Shown here: piece after piece, positions 63,275 to 64,000 of the stretch
Layout of the letters: each line of letters begins with the position of its first letter
Numbering within the stretch: the stretch's first letter is position 1
Assembly (NCBI RefSeq): GCF_006345805.1
Contig: NW_021832611.1
Coordinates: 186,001 to 250,000, forward strand
DNA length: 64,000 bases
Direction of reading: 5' to 3'
Source: Octopus sinensis
Lineage: Eukaryota
Translations under genes and position numbers: made by a program
Notes under the pieces: model-generated
Database searches by the model: none
Told to the model about the DNA's origin: nothing
The model's input: only the letters and a program-made list of their open reading frames with translations

Positions 63275-63745
63275 ATGGGAGAAACTATACCTACTCAGGC
63301 TGTCTTTAAAATATATGCTCCAACTGTTATCGAAAGAGAAAACCTCCAGTTTGATTTTTTAGGTGTGTATGATCAGAATTTGACTCATAAATGTGATGAA
63401 TTAAAAAGCTATTTTGAATCAAAAAATGTATTCTTTATGTTAATAAAATTACATTTTTAGATTATTAATATTTTGAAATCTTTAATTGCAGTACTAATGG
63501 TGGAGAAGCCACAAGATCACATAAACTTTTTACAGAAAATATTGAGTACTTGCCAAGTTTATAAATTTCCTGATGATATTTAATAACAGAATTATTTAGA
63601 GATTAATTTTGAGACTTTTATTTCAGGAAAACACCCAATGAAAGATGTACACAGACTCAAATATATTCAGCAAATAGAAAATAGAAATGACTATCATGGA
63701 ATGATTTTTGAATTAACAGAACTCTTATTCGGAAACACCATATGA
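63275..63745 (+). CDS. Small 3-exon protein with an RIIa/Dpy-30-like dimerisation-docking motif
   Basis: Removing two short GT..AG introns gives an open frame containing YFESKNIINILKSLIAVLMVEKPQDHINFL. Stop TGA at 63743-63745. Confidence 0.65.
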
Positions 63746-64000
63746 GATTATATATAATTTTCTAATTTTAACATTGATATAATTTCTAATTCAATAAAAG
63801 CAATTCGCACCTCAGATCAGTAATCTAAATAGACATTATCCCTTTTTTAATCAGTTTAAATAATATTTCTTTTAAAGAGAACTGCAACAATTACTTTTCA
63901 TCAATATTAAAAATGCAAAAATATCAATAATTAGTTTAAACTTTAAAGCAATGTTTTGTGTAGATATCGATTTCAAAAAGCACACAAATTATGTTTTGCC

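Overview
AT-rich eukaryotic (animal) genomic DNA. Host genes are split by many very short (about 21-35 nt) spliceosomal introns, a pattern known from highly reduced animal genomes such as dicyemid mesozoans; the taxon is my inference. Recognisable host genes are a PKN-type kinase, a BMP1/tolloid metalloprotease, TRMT11, glutaminyl-tRNA synthetase, a CaaX-ending coiled-coil protein (CEP85-like) and a small RIIa/Dpy-30-domain protein. There are also two pseudogenised IQGAP fragments. More than half of the window is nested transposon debris: three copies of one Jockey-group LINE, a second LINE family, CRE-like, RTE-like and R4-like fragments, several hAT elements, a Helitron, two Tigger/pogo copies, a Merlin derivative and Ginger-like integrase elements. 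The most unusual items are: (1) a TIR/TSD-bounded Ginger-like element carrying two divergent DDE integrase genes, with remnants showing that multi-integrase cassettes recur; (2) GC-rich islands with an abrupt G-to-C strand-skew switch that also affects introns; (3) a retrotransposon insertion with a 107-bp inverted duplication of its 3' end; (4) a Tigger tandem duplication with breakpoints exactly at the element end. Exon boundaries were read by eye, and several 1-nt lesions in homopolymers may be sequencing errors.
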